DNA of 64,000 nucleotides, taken from contig SMSO01000014.1 of assembly GCA_004764695.1 (NCBI GenBank), positions 367,648 to 431,647 of the forward strand. Reading direction: 5' to 3'. Made by a program: the position numbers and the translations under genes. Below, piece by piece: positions 11,701 to 20,744 of this stretch; positions within the stretch are counted from its first letter, which is position 1, and every line of letters begins with the position of its first letter. This stretch comes from Schizochytrium sp. TIO01 (lineage: Eukaryota > Protista > Bigyra: Labyrinthulomycetes). The notes below the pieces were generated by a model that searched no databases, was not told where the DNA came from, and was given only the letters and a program-made list of their open reading frames with translations.

Positions 11701-12265
11701 GAACGTAGGTGTTTTCTTCACGCTCGTGTGCTAAAGCTTGTCGGAGACTATGAAGTTCAGATTCTGCGCGAACCCGTGCAGAGCGTTGAGATTCTAATTC
11801 AATAGATAAGTCTTGGTTATCCCGACGCATGTCCTGTAAACGTCGAGAAGACCTTGATCTTTCACTTTGTTGAAGCAAAGACCTCTGACTAGATGTTGAT
11901 TCTTTCCGCATGTGTAATTCTGATTGGGTTCTGTCAAGCTTGTCTTGTAGTGTCAATTGCTCTTGTTCTTCAGGATCTACATTTTCAGCGCAACTTCTTC
12001 TCGCCATTGCTAGTGACCTCGACTGATCATGTTTTGCAGCTGATGTCGTATCAAGCAAAGTTAAGGTTTTCCTTGACTGGGTTTCGTTTCCCCTATGCTT
12101 CTGTTCAAGCTCGTGTTCAGAATTGGACTCTGCTTCAGATTCAGACTCTGAGTTGAGCTCGTAGTACCTTAAATTATCAAGACTCGACATTCCTTTGTTG
12201 CTCGGAGGTCTCCTCCTCCTCCTTTGAGCTGGCAGCATCTCATCAAACGTGCTCGTGACCTCCAC
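5747..12265 (-). CDS. Very large coiled-coil protein (about 2170 aa), function unknown
   Basis: Uninterrupted 6.5-kb ORF; heptad-rich E/Q/K/L/A composition over most of its length; no catalytic motif recognised. Start uncertain (track start is GTG; first ATG is a few codons in). Confidence 0.8.
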   Translation of the reverse strand: MEVTSTFDEMLPAQRRRRRPPSNKGMSSLDNLRYYELNSESESEAESNSEHELEQKHRGNETQSRKTLTLLDTTSAAKHDQSRSLAMARRSCAENVDPEEQEQLTLQDKLDRTQSELHMRKESTSSQRSLLQQSERSRSSRRLQDMRRDNQDLSIELESQRSARVRAESELHSLRQALAHEREENTYVLASYRGDVKLLEEKLHRARCAQQEAETRAEYADKECKHAKEDLEVLQEKYEHDTRKVITAQSEVRRLNKILEAAQDTIAAQSSEIREARGRANSAEEDASQLALSVADLENRNTELCEKISSMREETQAMSIQLHAQNVELCELKSAQEKDHSYTEELQSNVEMFKLKLTQEEKACRQLKEDLDEAQDKITRDLQVHLREKGEWEVQIQVLQSKLDKSLAEAHVEALQREHVFLEKESNAKSLMNDLRQKAEMSDRAQLELNKARAEVVKRGAIYAQSELESQSQIDLLRSELETCSKSKQELLQSLAEASAKEQNYKLGISKDLENTKILRDKIELYQSKLRRTQDLLWPLQYRSVMTEVLKSQDDIKSLCHSNMQTQTQSPRVCDQATSTVEVPGPVQAPCECSTLKLKLEESLRHITAQEKAQREMKKLTCQLETTIEHLRDKSESIQKELQRLEVEKTEVQSNLTQTKASLDLLQNDHQAMEVSFSNLQDDYDEVVKGRGQLADSLRTSKADFEILQAEKAQSEAELLHLEESHTLLKVQHTNLQDSVSVNQSKYDEAQSQLARLESILAGLEHKNKELQRSRTELHEELVENKNMCEHWRVQNHQLEIRVAALTKENEAQSSLIVSLQSRSSMLEEDMETKSRELEVATNKLRDIEETYCVLRRENVSLRGARKNLLECTTRMHIFNVEQEKLKENSLVAFTRRQGVLCAKTAAAKVSAKRKTCTLIRAIQFWMHERHLLCKQLDFYANIAKAGVLCYQGLRQTQDMLDRVCRVRNSYVSQLQHERIRSIFAIAAAASLNAQNGALRDELDEIEETRSFQSAEAPCESPCQECATTHAMLVNTLEAKNNAEAQCSELASKRGLLETKYKNLAKQHKELIKDLERTIISRDEFEKQLNRARDYQGKLEGEIQHKKDQITRLQATVVVNRKQFQKLEFEKTEQSKLIGTLQEEVQEHQSGLENTRGEVQAVIEMLQESRKQGKERLKTISEQELKIQELSEVITMQEGRIRDLEKRCETENVQHKTSLAEAMLREQSAMHDFDLLRQQLSKKTDDLHAIQLDLEKSKATCKRQEAKIVAHRAADSQLEEIRISERRLESELCRAQLRVGELEGNLERALRDAHRQNELAIARLERINELQQDLEASVQSQNQFESYLREAREELQTHIASEQQLEARLIHSQNVCKKFEDQVNSLQEQNGTLETDIGSLRAQNDQIRGCLREIRLEMQSLSRQNKELTQASRKLSTLTEENNDLQKRIEALQALSDQLSESKCHAETNSTQLREGIHLLSCKMLELRASYNALQHEHRTAQAMVSQLEELKPQFAHLRVASQTMTKSLVSIAVKYQTSEHERKQLEIACKVLLVQCLGLRVSRRRLLSLKVAHADLVQRAVYLEARSKELEAVQTAYAAVSEAFKAAECHTEQEKREHEAALLKSQGALQSAQARVKELESEREQWATALLEMEANADRLEAAWEKNHAQEVVLQEKSLQLEAARNELQERARGLQKGEAALRKRTAFVELQQTKLEDTRVSSGEIQVLSAQLRAQERANSTLLEELSKFRERETAAAASEDPPKSPKSVSRSNRVKQKTPSCATASTQTSQRRRDVATSPPSPPQSPTTGRRRADRQGGRATCAARAAQGTTPGRLCPKAGTCEHEHGVCLEELPEVQGGGGPPKRSGGGGSARANMGVHPQLQERGHTGPVGEVRHDGVCDDGERAESAERGRDGDGDDEEEQEASGGGKGSEERLRRQVVELQEMVEKLRGERAEHAKRSRELGRLEHDEDLKVEAEQVRLVEFKAGGYEEKFCREEDQREVEQLRKRIAESEEELDRLKGEHGKALAFSTELSEKLRVLETHKESLAMEHTMSNQASISVNKRDSDDEVIAKALELQIAEQSQEMESLKAARMVVETQQLRIVELERQLHESSTSLEYFHKGKQIPPQLEGVESGELALLRQTVEQIKDEKAAIVALLIRTQEEAQS

Positions 12266-12996
12266 ACGATAGTCTTTGATTTAAGTCTACAACGTAAACA
12301 AGGTTGTAGGCCGTCTCCCTCTCTCTGCGACGGAATATGGCAAGTCCTTACACAGCAACTCCCGTATGCACGCCCTGTGCCACGAGTTTCTGCTTTTCAA
12401 CTCCACAGACACGTTGCTTGTGATCCCCCAGCTGCTGCTCATGGCCCCTGAGTTCTACACACGGCATGTGCATCGACATTCATCCATATGTTGGCGAAAT
12501 AAGCTTTTCTCTATGCAAATTCGAAGAATTTCAGTTCTATAGTTTTCTCTAAATAGTCATATATAAATGGCCGTTTCAATATCTCCTATTCTCCTCCTAT
12601 TGCAGTGGCCCATTCTTCGGTTCATCTCACGCTCTCCAGTTTCCTCCGAGCCTGGGCTCCTGAATGGCCTCGATCTCCGTTGTTCAAGTCTGCTCCTTGG
12701 AACCAAGGAGGTTCTCATGTTGCAAGAGTTGTACTGGTCTGTTACAACAGACCCCTAGCTAGTCCTCTCACCACCTCCCTGCATTGCTTTTTATGATGTG
12801 AGCAAATTTAGACTTCTAAACTGTAAAAAGAATGAACTCCGGCTCATAAACAGGAATAAGCATGGTGTTCTACTTGTTCTGTGTTTGTTTACTATTTTTT
12901 ACTAGGTCTCTCTAAAGTCACTTCGTACTCTTTAAAACATGTATATATTAAAATAATAATAAATGAACATGAACACTTAGACCTTCATTCGCAGCC

Positions 12997-15270
12997 ATGG
13001 ACTCACAGGAGCCTACTTTGCCGCAAGGATCTCTCCGTAAGAGTGTTTCCAATAACCTTCGGCGCTCTCTTGGCCGCCTTGTGCGTAAGAGTATAAAGTC
13101 GCGTGAGAAGTCGAGCGCACACCTCGTTCAACATGGCGGGCCAGTTACGACATCATTGCTGATGGGTGCGCTGCACGCGCTGGAAGCAGAGGTCGGCGAG
13201 GCCTCGCGAACGTGGACAGCGCAGGACGCTGTGGCGCGGGGTCTATTAGAGGTGATGGGTACAATAGATGCCTCAATTCTTTCTGCTGATGCTGATGACC
13301 GTGACGGTCAAGATGCTGTCCTTACCGTTGTTCATGCACAAGAACTGCCTCTATATGTGCTAATCAAAGCGCTTCATAGAGGTCTCGGAACAAACGTTCT
13401 TGTAAACATCCCAGGCATTTCAGGCGCGCAATTTCCCATGCAATCTCGCAAGATTTCTCGCATGACATTTTGCGTGGTGTTCGCTCATTGGGAAGATGAT
13501 TCGTTTATTGCCGATGAGACCATGCGGCTTAAATTACTCAAATTAGCCAAGGCCCAAGCTAAAGTCCACATTTTGTATGGTCCATGGACAATACCGAGGG
13601 CAATCATTGACGGGGGAGAGATAGAGGGGCTGCTGAAAGCCGCAGATTTATTAAGACGCCGTGTATGGTACCGGGCACAAAGTTTGCTTAGCACGCAAGA
13701 ATGCAACACAACTTGGACGTATCTTCGGAATTCTTGGTCAGAAGGTTGCAAGCTGGCTGAGGAGAGATGCTTGTTATCAACTGATGAATCGGCAAAGATA
13801 AAAGTATTCAGTGACTGTGGCCGGATATATTGTGCTCTTGAACTCACCGCAGAAAGTAGGCAAGCATTTAGCGCTAGTTCGATCCGCTTCGGTGAACTCT
13901 GTGACATTAATGCTACAACTGCTGAGGATGAACTGTCTCAGCTGCAAAATATGCGCGGTGTAGCTGCTTCTCAAGCTCAATTATTTGAACCCTCAAGCGT
14001 TGCATCATATACTTTGTTTTTCAATACGCTTTCAGAGTTTCAAACAGAGCATAGTGATCTTCCAAACAAGGGTGTTCTGTTTCTAGAAGCGGCGCGGAAC
14101 GCGCGTGTCTCGCAAAACCCCAAGATGTATTTACATTGGAGTAAAGAGGCATACGAATTACTCACAGAGACACATGGAGAAAACCATTCGCTTTCAATCG
14201 AAGCACACTATGAGCTGGGGCGGGCAAAACACTACATGGGACATTTTGATGAAGCAATATTCGACTTGTGGGCTGTAGAGAACTTACTTAAAGAGCTCCA
14301 GGGCGAGGAAGCTCCGCTGCAAATACGCGCGCACGTTTTGATAGAACTTGCTGAGATCTACCTTTTTCTCGCAGCATTTGAGGATGTAGATTTGCTGGTG
14401 GATCAGGCGATGGATATCTTGAGCCAAATTGAACAGGAGAATGAGCTAGATAAGGCAAAATGCGTCTTAATCTCGTCCAATCTTCTAAGAGACCGAGGTT
14501 TATTTGAAGAATGCCACCGTCTGGCTCAAGAGGCTCTGGAACTTGTTAGTCTGTATACGTCTCCGACTTCGGCTTTACGTTTGGAGCCCATGGTGGGGAT
14601 AGCAGCTGCAAAACGCGGCCTCTTCAAGCATGGAGCTGCATTAATGGTTCTCGAAAGTGCCCGAGAAATCGTGAATTCTTCGATAGGAGAAACACATCCA
14701 GACTCATTTGGTGTCTTGATGCATTTGGGCCAAGTACTCAGCCGGAGAGAGTTCAACTCAAAGTTAAAAGCTATGCAAATGCTCCGGGACCTTCGGCAGC
14801 ACAGCCTTCTCACCTTTTCTACCTTGCACCCGCGGTCTCAATTGGCCGCTGCGTGCGTAGCAGAAAGCACGAAGGATTCGGCAGAACTTCTTAGCGTAAT
14901 TCATTACTTTGAGGAACTTCTTGGCGCGAACCACTATCGCGTTGCCCACTTTCGTGCATTACACGCCAATATGCTACCAGATCCAGAATCTTCTATTGAA
15001 GAGAATTTTCAAGCTTTGACAATCTACGAAAAATATTTCCCTGGAGCTACGCACCACCCTTCAATGGGAGTCATCATGTTTAATATCGCGCATCGATACG
15101 ATCGCCTGGGAAAGTATGACGAGGCCTTTGTGTTGATGAGCAAGGTAGTTAAGACCTTTGAGGAGTGCTATTCACCAGACCACCCAAATATGCTACGTGC
15201 ATATTCTTTTTATCAAGACATGACAAGATATTCAGATTTTGCTCGAAGGCAGACAAGGGCAATTAACTGA
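12997..15270 (+). CDS. TPR protein (kinesin-light-chain/NPHP3-type long repeats) with an N-terminal alpha/beta domain; paralogue A
   Basis: Repeats with the G.xHP signature: HGENHSL, IGETHPDS, FSTLHPRS, LGANHYRVA, YSPDHPNM; typical helix LGKYDEAFVLMSKVVKTFEE. Confidence 0.8.
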   Translation: MDSQEPTLPQGSLRKSVSNNLRRSLGRLVRKSIKSREKSSAHLVQHGGPVTTSLLMGALHALEAEVGEASRTWTAQDAVARGLLEVMGTIDASILSADADDRDGQDAVLTVVHAQELPLYVLIKALHRGLGTNVLVNIPGISGAQFPMQSRKISRMTFCVVFAHWEDDSFIADETMRLKLLKLAKAQAKVHILYGPWTIPRAIIDGGEIEGLLKAADLLRRRVWYRAQSLLSTQECNTTWTYLRNSWSEGCKLAEERCLLSTDESAKIKVFSDCGRIYCALELTAESRQAFSASSIRFGELCDINATTAEDELSQLQNMRGVAASQAQLFEPSSVASYTLFFNTLSEFQTEHSDLPNKGVLFLEAARNARVSQNPKMYLHWSKEAYELLTETHGENHSLSIEAHYELGRAKHYMGHFDEAIFDLWAVENLLKELQGEEAPLQIRAHVLIELAEIYLFLAAFEDVDLLVDQAMDILSQIEQENELDKAKCVLISSNLLRDRGLFEECHRLAQEALELVSLYTSPTSALRLEPMVGIAAAKRGLFKHGAALMVLESAREIVNSSIGETHPDSFGVLMHLGQVLSRREFNSKLKAMQMLRDLRQHSLLTFSTLHPRSQLAAACVAESTKDSAELLSVIHYFEELLGANHYRVAHFRALHANMLPDPESSIEENFQALTIYEKYFPGATHHPSMGVIMFNIAHRYDRLGKYDEAFVLMSKVVKTFEECYSPDHPNMLRAYSFYQDMTRYSDFARRQTRAIN

Positions 15271-16004
15271 TCAAGTTGAGGCTTCCATACCCATTAGAAG
15301 CTCACCTCGTTGCGCATATACAAGATATTGATAATTATATGAATATATTTCCCTTGCTTGGAAGTCTTCGAAAACATTACACTATACTTTTCATAGCCGG
15401 CCAAAAACAACGTCCAGTTCCTACGTTTGTAGTGGTTTCTATCACAATTTTCTATAAAATTTCTTCCACAAGCAGTGAACTCCTTATTCTATCTGATCCT
15501 ATTATTATATTTATCGAAGACACTGCGAAGTGGTGTTTTCCTTGTTTTTTTGTTTTTTGTTTTTTGTTTTTTGTTTTTTAATAAAAAGCAACTCTGGGTG
15601 TGCGCTGTGGTGAGCCGTATGGGAAATATGTAAAAACCAAAATGCGCCAATTTATGTCAAGGCGTAGTTCTGAATGACAATGGAAAAATAAAAACTTCGC
15701 GTAGTCCATCATGGGTGAGTTTAACTCTAGAGCAAGCAGTCTCGGAGAGAAAGTCCCCACTATATATGCGGAAAGCGTGCACGGCCCAAAATACAGAGTT
15801 TGGAGCGAACCGCTTTCACACGGCTTAGATACCGCTAATCCATCTGGCTAGTTAAAAAATGGAGGGATCATTTTGAAATGAAGCGAACAACCGAATATTG
15901 ATCTTTGTATGACGATTTATAGTACAATATCATGTAGGAGGACTGGAGAACCCGATTGCCCTTGTATAAGCGGATTTCCGAGAAGAATAGAGCTTTTTAA
16001 TGCG

Positions 16005-16331
16005 TTACACTAGATTATCATCAGCATCCAAATGCTTGGATGTCCCGTGGAAGTGTTCGCGAGCCCTTGCTAGTAGTAGTTCGTTGCCAATATAGGAGTT
16101 GTCTGGAACGTAGAAGGTAACGTGGAGGAGTGTACCATACTGAGTGAGGTGAAGAAGGAGGTCAATGTGGAGTTTGACTTTCTTGATAATCTGGCTGGAT
16201 CCTTGGCCGGTGTGTACCGTGGTTGGATCGCTGGGGCAGAGTGGTGTTGTTTCGATAGGGCCGATTGATTTCTCGATTTGTGCGAGTAGGCGCGGTGGTA
16301 GAAACGAGTGAGTGGTACCGGAGTCGAAGAT
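16005..16331 (-). pseudogene. Retroviral-type (Ty3/gypsy-like) aspartic protease, in frame with gag behind a TGA; no RT/IN follows
   Basis: Manual translation past the TGA at 16334-16332: IFDSGTTHSFLPPRLLAQIEKSIGPIETTPLCPSDPTTVHTGQGSSQIIKKVKLHIDLLLHLTQYGTLLHVTFYVPDNSYIGNELLLARAREHFHGTSKHLDADDNLV*. DSG catalytic triad at 16325-16317; ELLLAR matches the ILGR/D C-terminal motif. Confidence 0.8.
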
Positions 16332-18143
16332 TCATGTGTCAATGATGCAGGATTTCTTCTGGAATAGGGGTACCGTGGGCTGCGCGTTGCTGTAGACGCG
16401 TGCTGGTGGGGTTTTGAGTAGCTGTTCTAGATCCTTCGGTTGTGTGAGGATTTTTGGTGAACGGGCTGAGGTGGCGATGTGTCGCCGATCTGAGGAGCTG
16501 GGTTTGGCGCTCGTGGCCTTGGCTTTGGCCAGTCGATTTTTGTGTTGTTCGACGGCGGCCTTGTGCAATTTTGCGGTGCCGGGATTGGCTGCTAAAAATG
16601 CTTGCTTGTATGTTTGGAAGTCTGTGTCTGAGAGTTTCTGACTACAGTTCCTGTTGAGTCGTTTTGTACGACTGTTCCAACTGAGGAAATCGTGATTATC
16701 GTGACAGGCAGGGCAGGTGTTGCCGCTTTGGGATCCTGTGAATGTCGGCGATTTCTTTGGAGGTTTGGAGGAAAACGGGGCAGGCTTTGACGGGCTGTGT
16801 CGTGTTTTCGCGGGGTCTGCAAGCGGTTGTCGATTGGTGGCGTCATAGAAGGAGCGTAATATGATGAGTAGATCGTGGAAAGACGGCATGGGAGTTGCTG
16901 TGGGTAGACGGAACTGGCGCCAGGTGCCGGTGGAGTTCCATAGGTGGGAAGTGACGCGTGCCCGGATGATGTGGTGCATAGCGTCGAGACAAGCGTGGGT
17001 AAGGACTCGATGGGCTTCAGGGATGGCTTGGAGTGTTGTGAATTCCGTGTGGCGTGAGCAGCCATAAGTGTTGGCTAAACGGGTGAGGTCCCTTTCCATC
17101 CGTGCGAGGGTTAAGGTGAGGTCCTTTGGGATGGTGCCGAGATGCAGGGAAAAGATTTGGATGATTTTGTTGTTGATCTCACACCAAGCGTTTTGGAAAG
17201 CGTGTTGTTTCCAGAAATCGAGGAATGCATAGCACTGTTCTTCGGTGATGTCTGCTGCCTGGTAGGCCCACTCGGGTCTTTGCATCACTGGGGCATAAAT
17301 GCTGAGTAGTGCTTGGAGTGCAGTTCGTCCTTTGTGGCCCATAGCGCATTGCGGTGGGAGGGCGGGTTTTCCCATTGCTTTGCAATTCTTTTGGTATTGG
17401 TTGTACGATTGCATCCAACGGATGAAGGTGCCTCCGTCGCAGGACTCGGGAAGTTCTTCGTGCTTCTGTTGGTAGAATGTGCACGCGGTGGTTTTTGTCA
17501 CTGAGCTGAGGTCCTTAAAGGCGTCAGTGGAGGAGGTGTGATTTTCCATGAGCATGGAGCTAGAGTCTGAGGGTGCGCGGTCTTGTCCTCGTCGTGTAAT
17601 GTTGGGGTGGTAGGATGCTTGCGGGAGGTGGCTGGTAGTGCTAGGTTCGGTTTCGTTATCCGACCCTTCTTCGTCCGAAGGTTGACCAGGATTGGGATTT
17701 GCTTGAGAGGGTGTGGGGGTTTGTTTGTTTTGTGTCATGAGTTGATTAAACATGTCTAGCATCATTTTGTTGCTTTCCTCTGCTTGTTGCTTTTGTAGCT
17801 GCATCGCTTGTTCTGCCCTCTCTTCGGCTTTTTGAATGTAGGATATCATTGCTGTCATGAGTTGCGTCATGTCTGCGGATGCTTGTGCGGGAGGGATAGC
17901 TTGTGTTGCTGGAGGGATAGGGGCGCGTGTTTCCTGAGTAGACTCGTTGGTTAGCGGTGTGGTAGCAGGTTGTTGTTCTGCTTCCGCTGGTCCTATGGTA
18001 AGGTTTGGATCAGCTGATTCTGATCCTTTGCCGTCAGGTGCTGCTTTGAGGAGGGTCGCAGCTGTATTTGCTTGCGCCTCCGTGTTGGGGCTTTCCTGGA
18101 GTTGCTCTTGGCTCTCGTTATTGATACCCGGTGAGATGGCCAT
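16332..18143 (-). CDS. Gag-like protein of an LTR retrotransposon (603 aa)
   Basis: P/Q/T-rich disordered N-terminus, short coiled coil, helical core, zinc-knuckle-like CPACHDNH...C, and directly upstream of a DSG protease. The coding strand is strongly C/A-rich, unlike host genes. Confidence 0.7.
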   Translation of the reverse strand: MAISPGINNESQEQLQESPNTEAQANTAATLLKAAPDGKGSESADPNLTIGPAEAEQQPATTPLTNESTQETRAPIPPATQAIPPAQASADMTQLMTAMISYIQKAEERAEQAMQLQKQQAEESNKMMLDMFNQLMTQNKQTPTPSQANPNPGQPSDEEGSDNETEPSTTSHLPQASYHPNITRRGQDRAPSDSSSMLMENHTSSTDAFKDLSSVTKTTACTFYQQKHEELPESCDGGTFIRWMQSYNQYQKNCKAMGKPALPPQCAMGHKGRTALQALLSIYAPVMQRPEWAYQAADITEEQCYAFLDFWKQHAFQNAWCEINNKIIQIFSLHLGTIPKDLTLTLARMERDLTRLANTYGCSRHTEFTTLQAIPEAHRVLTHACLDAMHHIIRARVTSHLWNSTGTWRQFRLPTATPMPSFHDLLIILRSFYDATNRQPLADPAKTRHSPSKPAPFSSKPPKKSPTFTGSQSGNTCPACHDNHDFLSWNSRTKRLNRNCSQKLSDTDFQTYKQAFLAANPGTAKLHKAAVEQHKNRLAKAKATSAKPSSSDRRHIATSARSPKILTQPKDLEQLLKTPPARVYSNAQPTVPLFQKKSCIIDT

Positions 18144-18581
18144 GTTAAGCGATGGGTGTTCACGATTCAGCTATTTGTTTGAACTAAGAGAAAGTTTATA
18201 AACTGTCTCGTTCCCTGACTGATCGAGACGCAATCGGGGGAACGAAGTTAGGCTAGCCGCGGAAATGTGGAGGGAAAGAGGATGCGTGCGGAGAACGCAG
18301 TCGCAACTCTTTGAGAAAACTTAAACTGGTGAGTGAGTTAAGCTAAAGCGGAGACTAAGGGAGCCTTGCTAGGTGTGAGCATGGTGAGACTCTGGTGGCT
18401 GTACGAGGGTTCTGGGTATGCTTGGGTAGGTGTGTAGGTTTCTTGTTGCACGGTAGCGTGCACGGTAAGAGGAAACCTTGTATCAGTAAAAGATTTTCGA
18501 TAAAAGGAAAATTCCTCTTTAACTTTTCTCTTAAGTGAAAAGTAAAAGAAATTGTAGACTTGAAGGGATTGAAAGTTTTCT

Positions 18582-19331
18582 CTAGTTTTTCTTGATATGG
18601 AATATGAGGCGAATGCATTCATTAGACAACTTGTATGGAAATAGCCTAGAGGGCCAGGACACCAGGAAACTCTTTGGGGACTGCAAAGGGTCTCGCTCAA
18701 TCTCAGCGTCAATAAACTGGCTATACGTACTGTCGATGGGGTCGTTGACGCTCCTCATGAGCTCAACGTAATCCGGTTCAGGTGTGTTGGCCTTTAATGC
18801 CTTCATCTTCCAACGAATACACCTCTGCAACACCTTGCGGACATCTGATTCGGTGGGCATATCGAGTCGATACATATTGGCATCCATCTCAGCCAGTCTC
18901 TCCAATACCCAAGACGGGTGCTGCTTGTCAGAGCCCTCATCCCGGAAGAGCTCCGCGATGGGGATTCTGAACGCAGCAGCGTTTGACATTCCCATCTTTA
19001 AATCATGACGTGAGCGTCGTCCAAATCCCCTCTGCACGAGCTTCCGCGAAGCATCGTATTTAGTAGCGAGAGCATACTCGGACTGGTCTGCATTACCGTC
19101 ACGAACAACACGAGCTGCTGTTGGGTCATTAATAAGCTCCTTCGTCCAACGTGTAGCATATGCAATCATATCGCGACGCTGGCTCTTCTCCACTTGTACT
19201 TCATTAACATCATCTTCATCCGTGGTATAGCTCTCATTGTCATTATCGTCGGTACCATCATCATCGACTTGAAACTGACCTGTAGCCGCAAGCTCCAACA
19301 CATTTTCCGTACCCTCATCGACAACCAACAT
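18582..19331 (-). mobile_element. Probable C-terminal fragment of a DNA-transposon protein (249-aa ORF)
   Basis: Acidic linker, then GFGRR...ELF..EG.DK..P..VLERL.....YRLDMPTESDVRKVL. From memory this resembles the helix-turn-helix-like tail of oomycete Sola3-like transposase proteins. No DDE core is present; not verified by search. Confidence 0.4.
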
Positions 19332-19599
19332 GTTATCGAGACATTCGCAACGTCCCGCGAACGCTGTCGATCGGATTAAGTATATATAAAAAGTATAGCG
19401 GACTGACCATAAATTCGAATTAACACCACCTGTTGATTTTTTTTTTGGAAAGCTCTCTTTATTGATTCCCTTCTCTTCTGGTTTTCTTACCTCGTTTCCC
19501 TCTGTCTAGTGTACGAGTAATAGTTGTCGCGATATCTGCAGTAATCTACACGTAGCGAGTCCAGAATAAAGAAGGGACAACACCGACTACAACGATCAT

Positions 19600-20744
19600 C
19601 GTCTATCTACAATTAGGAGTATCTTGTCTAACGAGCCACGAGAAGAAACTATCTAGGTATTAAAGGAAGGTACTTTACAATACCGATATCGTCGAACATA
19701 CAAGCCGCTACTCCGATAGAATAATGTTATATATATTAACGAATTTCTTGGTGGGATTGCTTTTATTCTTGATTCAATATACAAAGACATATACGCTCAT
19801 TATACAGAGATCGTCATGCGTACATGTACATTTATGTCTTTTGACACGAAGAACGGCTATATTGTTGACAATCTTGCTTGTAAGAATGACAGGTATATTT
19901 GGCGATCTATTACGACAAAGAATACCGCAAATAGGGATACGATACGATTTTCGCACAAAAGCCTCCTGACATCGTCGAAGTTTAAATACACAAGCCATTG
20001 TTTGGACTAATGTGAATGAATTTGTTGAGTCCGATATAGGAATAGACAAACGTATGTTACTGTGCATACTGACACGAAGAAGGTCAATAATGAATTTATT
20101 GATTTCCAACTACGATTAAATATACATAGATCGATGTATTTGCATTACTGACACAAAGAAGGGCCATATTGAACAATCTTGTTTAGGTATAACGCAAATA
20201 GGGATACTGCTTTTACACAAAAGTCCGGAGCAATGGTTCCAACATTTGTCAAAGATACAGTTATTATCTACGTTGATGGACTTTTCATATTTGGAAGAGT
20301 AAATAATACTCTCTCATAGATAAAGACGAAGTCAAAGTTGATGGGTACCAACTTCAAGCCCAACCGACAAGAGAAAGTTATAATCTCGTAAGACATATTC
20401 ACTGTAAAGATGGTCAATATAGTCATAAAAATAGTGATATTCATATACTGTAGCTTAGTATTGTGAGTACATCATTCAAAACAACACTTGCAAATCGTTG
20501 TATTCGCAGATACCATTCTATGCCGCAGTCGTTATAAATCTGCTTCTAGATATGTAATTCAAATCAACGACGACAGTACAGTACAACAAAAATTACAATA
20601 ATCGCTCTAAGCTCCGTGAAAGATGAAATAATGAATATTGACAAAGAACCACGAACTGCGATCGGAGTTAAAAGCCTCCTACGCGAACTCGCTGTGAATG
20701 TAGGAGTCGTACAAATGTACACAGACTGTCAATCACTCATTTAA
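19600..20744 (+). pseudogene. Heavily degenerated Ty1/Copia reverse transcriptase-RNase H
   Basis: Motifs in Copia order across frameshifts and stops: TI*VLK..RTYK (~WVFK..YKARL), YTKTYTLII..SS (~YxETFAPV), FDTKNGY (~DVKxAFL), LLLHKS/PEQWFQHL (~LxKSLYG..PRxW), IIYVDGLFI (YVDD; 20269-20280), LQIVVFADT..KSASRYVIQI (~YSDAD..KSTSGYV), IIALSSVKDEI (~VALSSxEAEY), SLLREL...MYTDCQSLI (~IYTDNQSAI). Confidence 0.75.

Larger units (their letters stand above)
16005..18560 (-). mobile_element. Truncated Ty3/gypsy-like retroelement (leader-gag-protease only); boundaries approximate
   Basis: gag-PR order and a composition skew that extends upstream of the gag ATG. No paired LTRs or TSD identified by eye. 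Confidence 0.6.

Noticed and set aside
16070-16342. Track ORF MTHESSTPVPL... as a frameshifted continuation of gag
   Set aside because: The protease motifs are in the gag frame after the TGA; this alternative frame is S/T/P-rich shadow sequence.
15775-18466. Shared AGCGTGCACGG at about 15775 and 18456 as possible LTR pair
   Set aside because: Only about 11 bp match with no flanking similarity.
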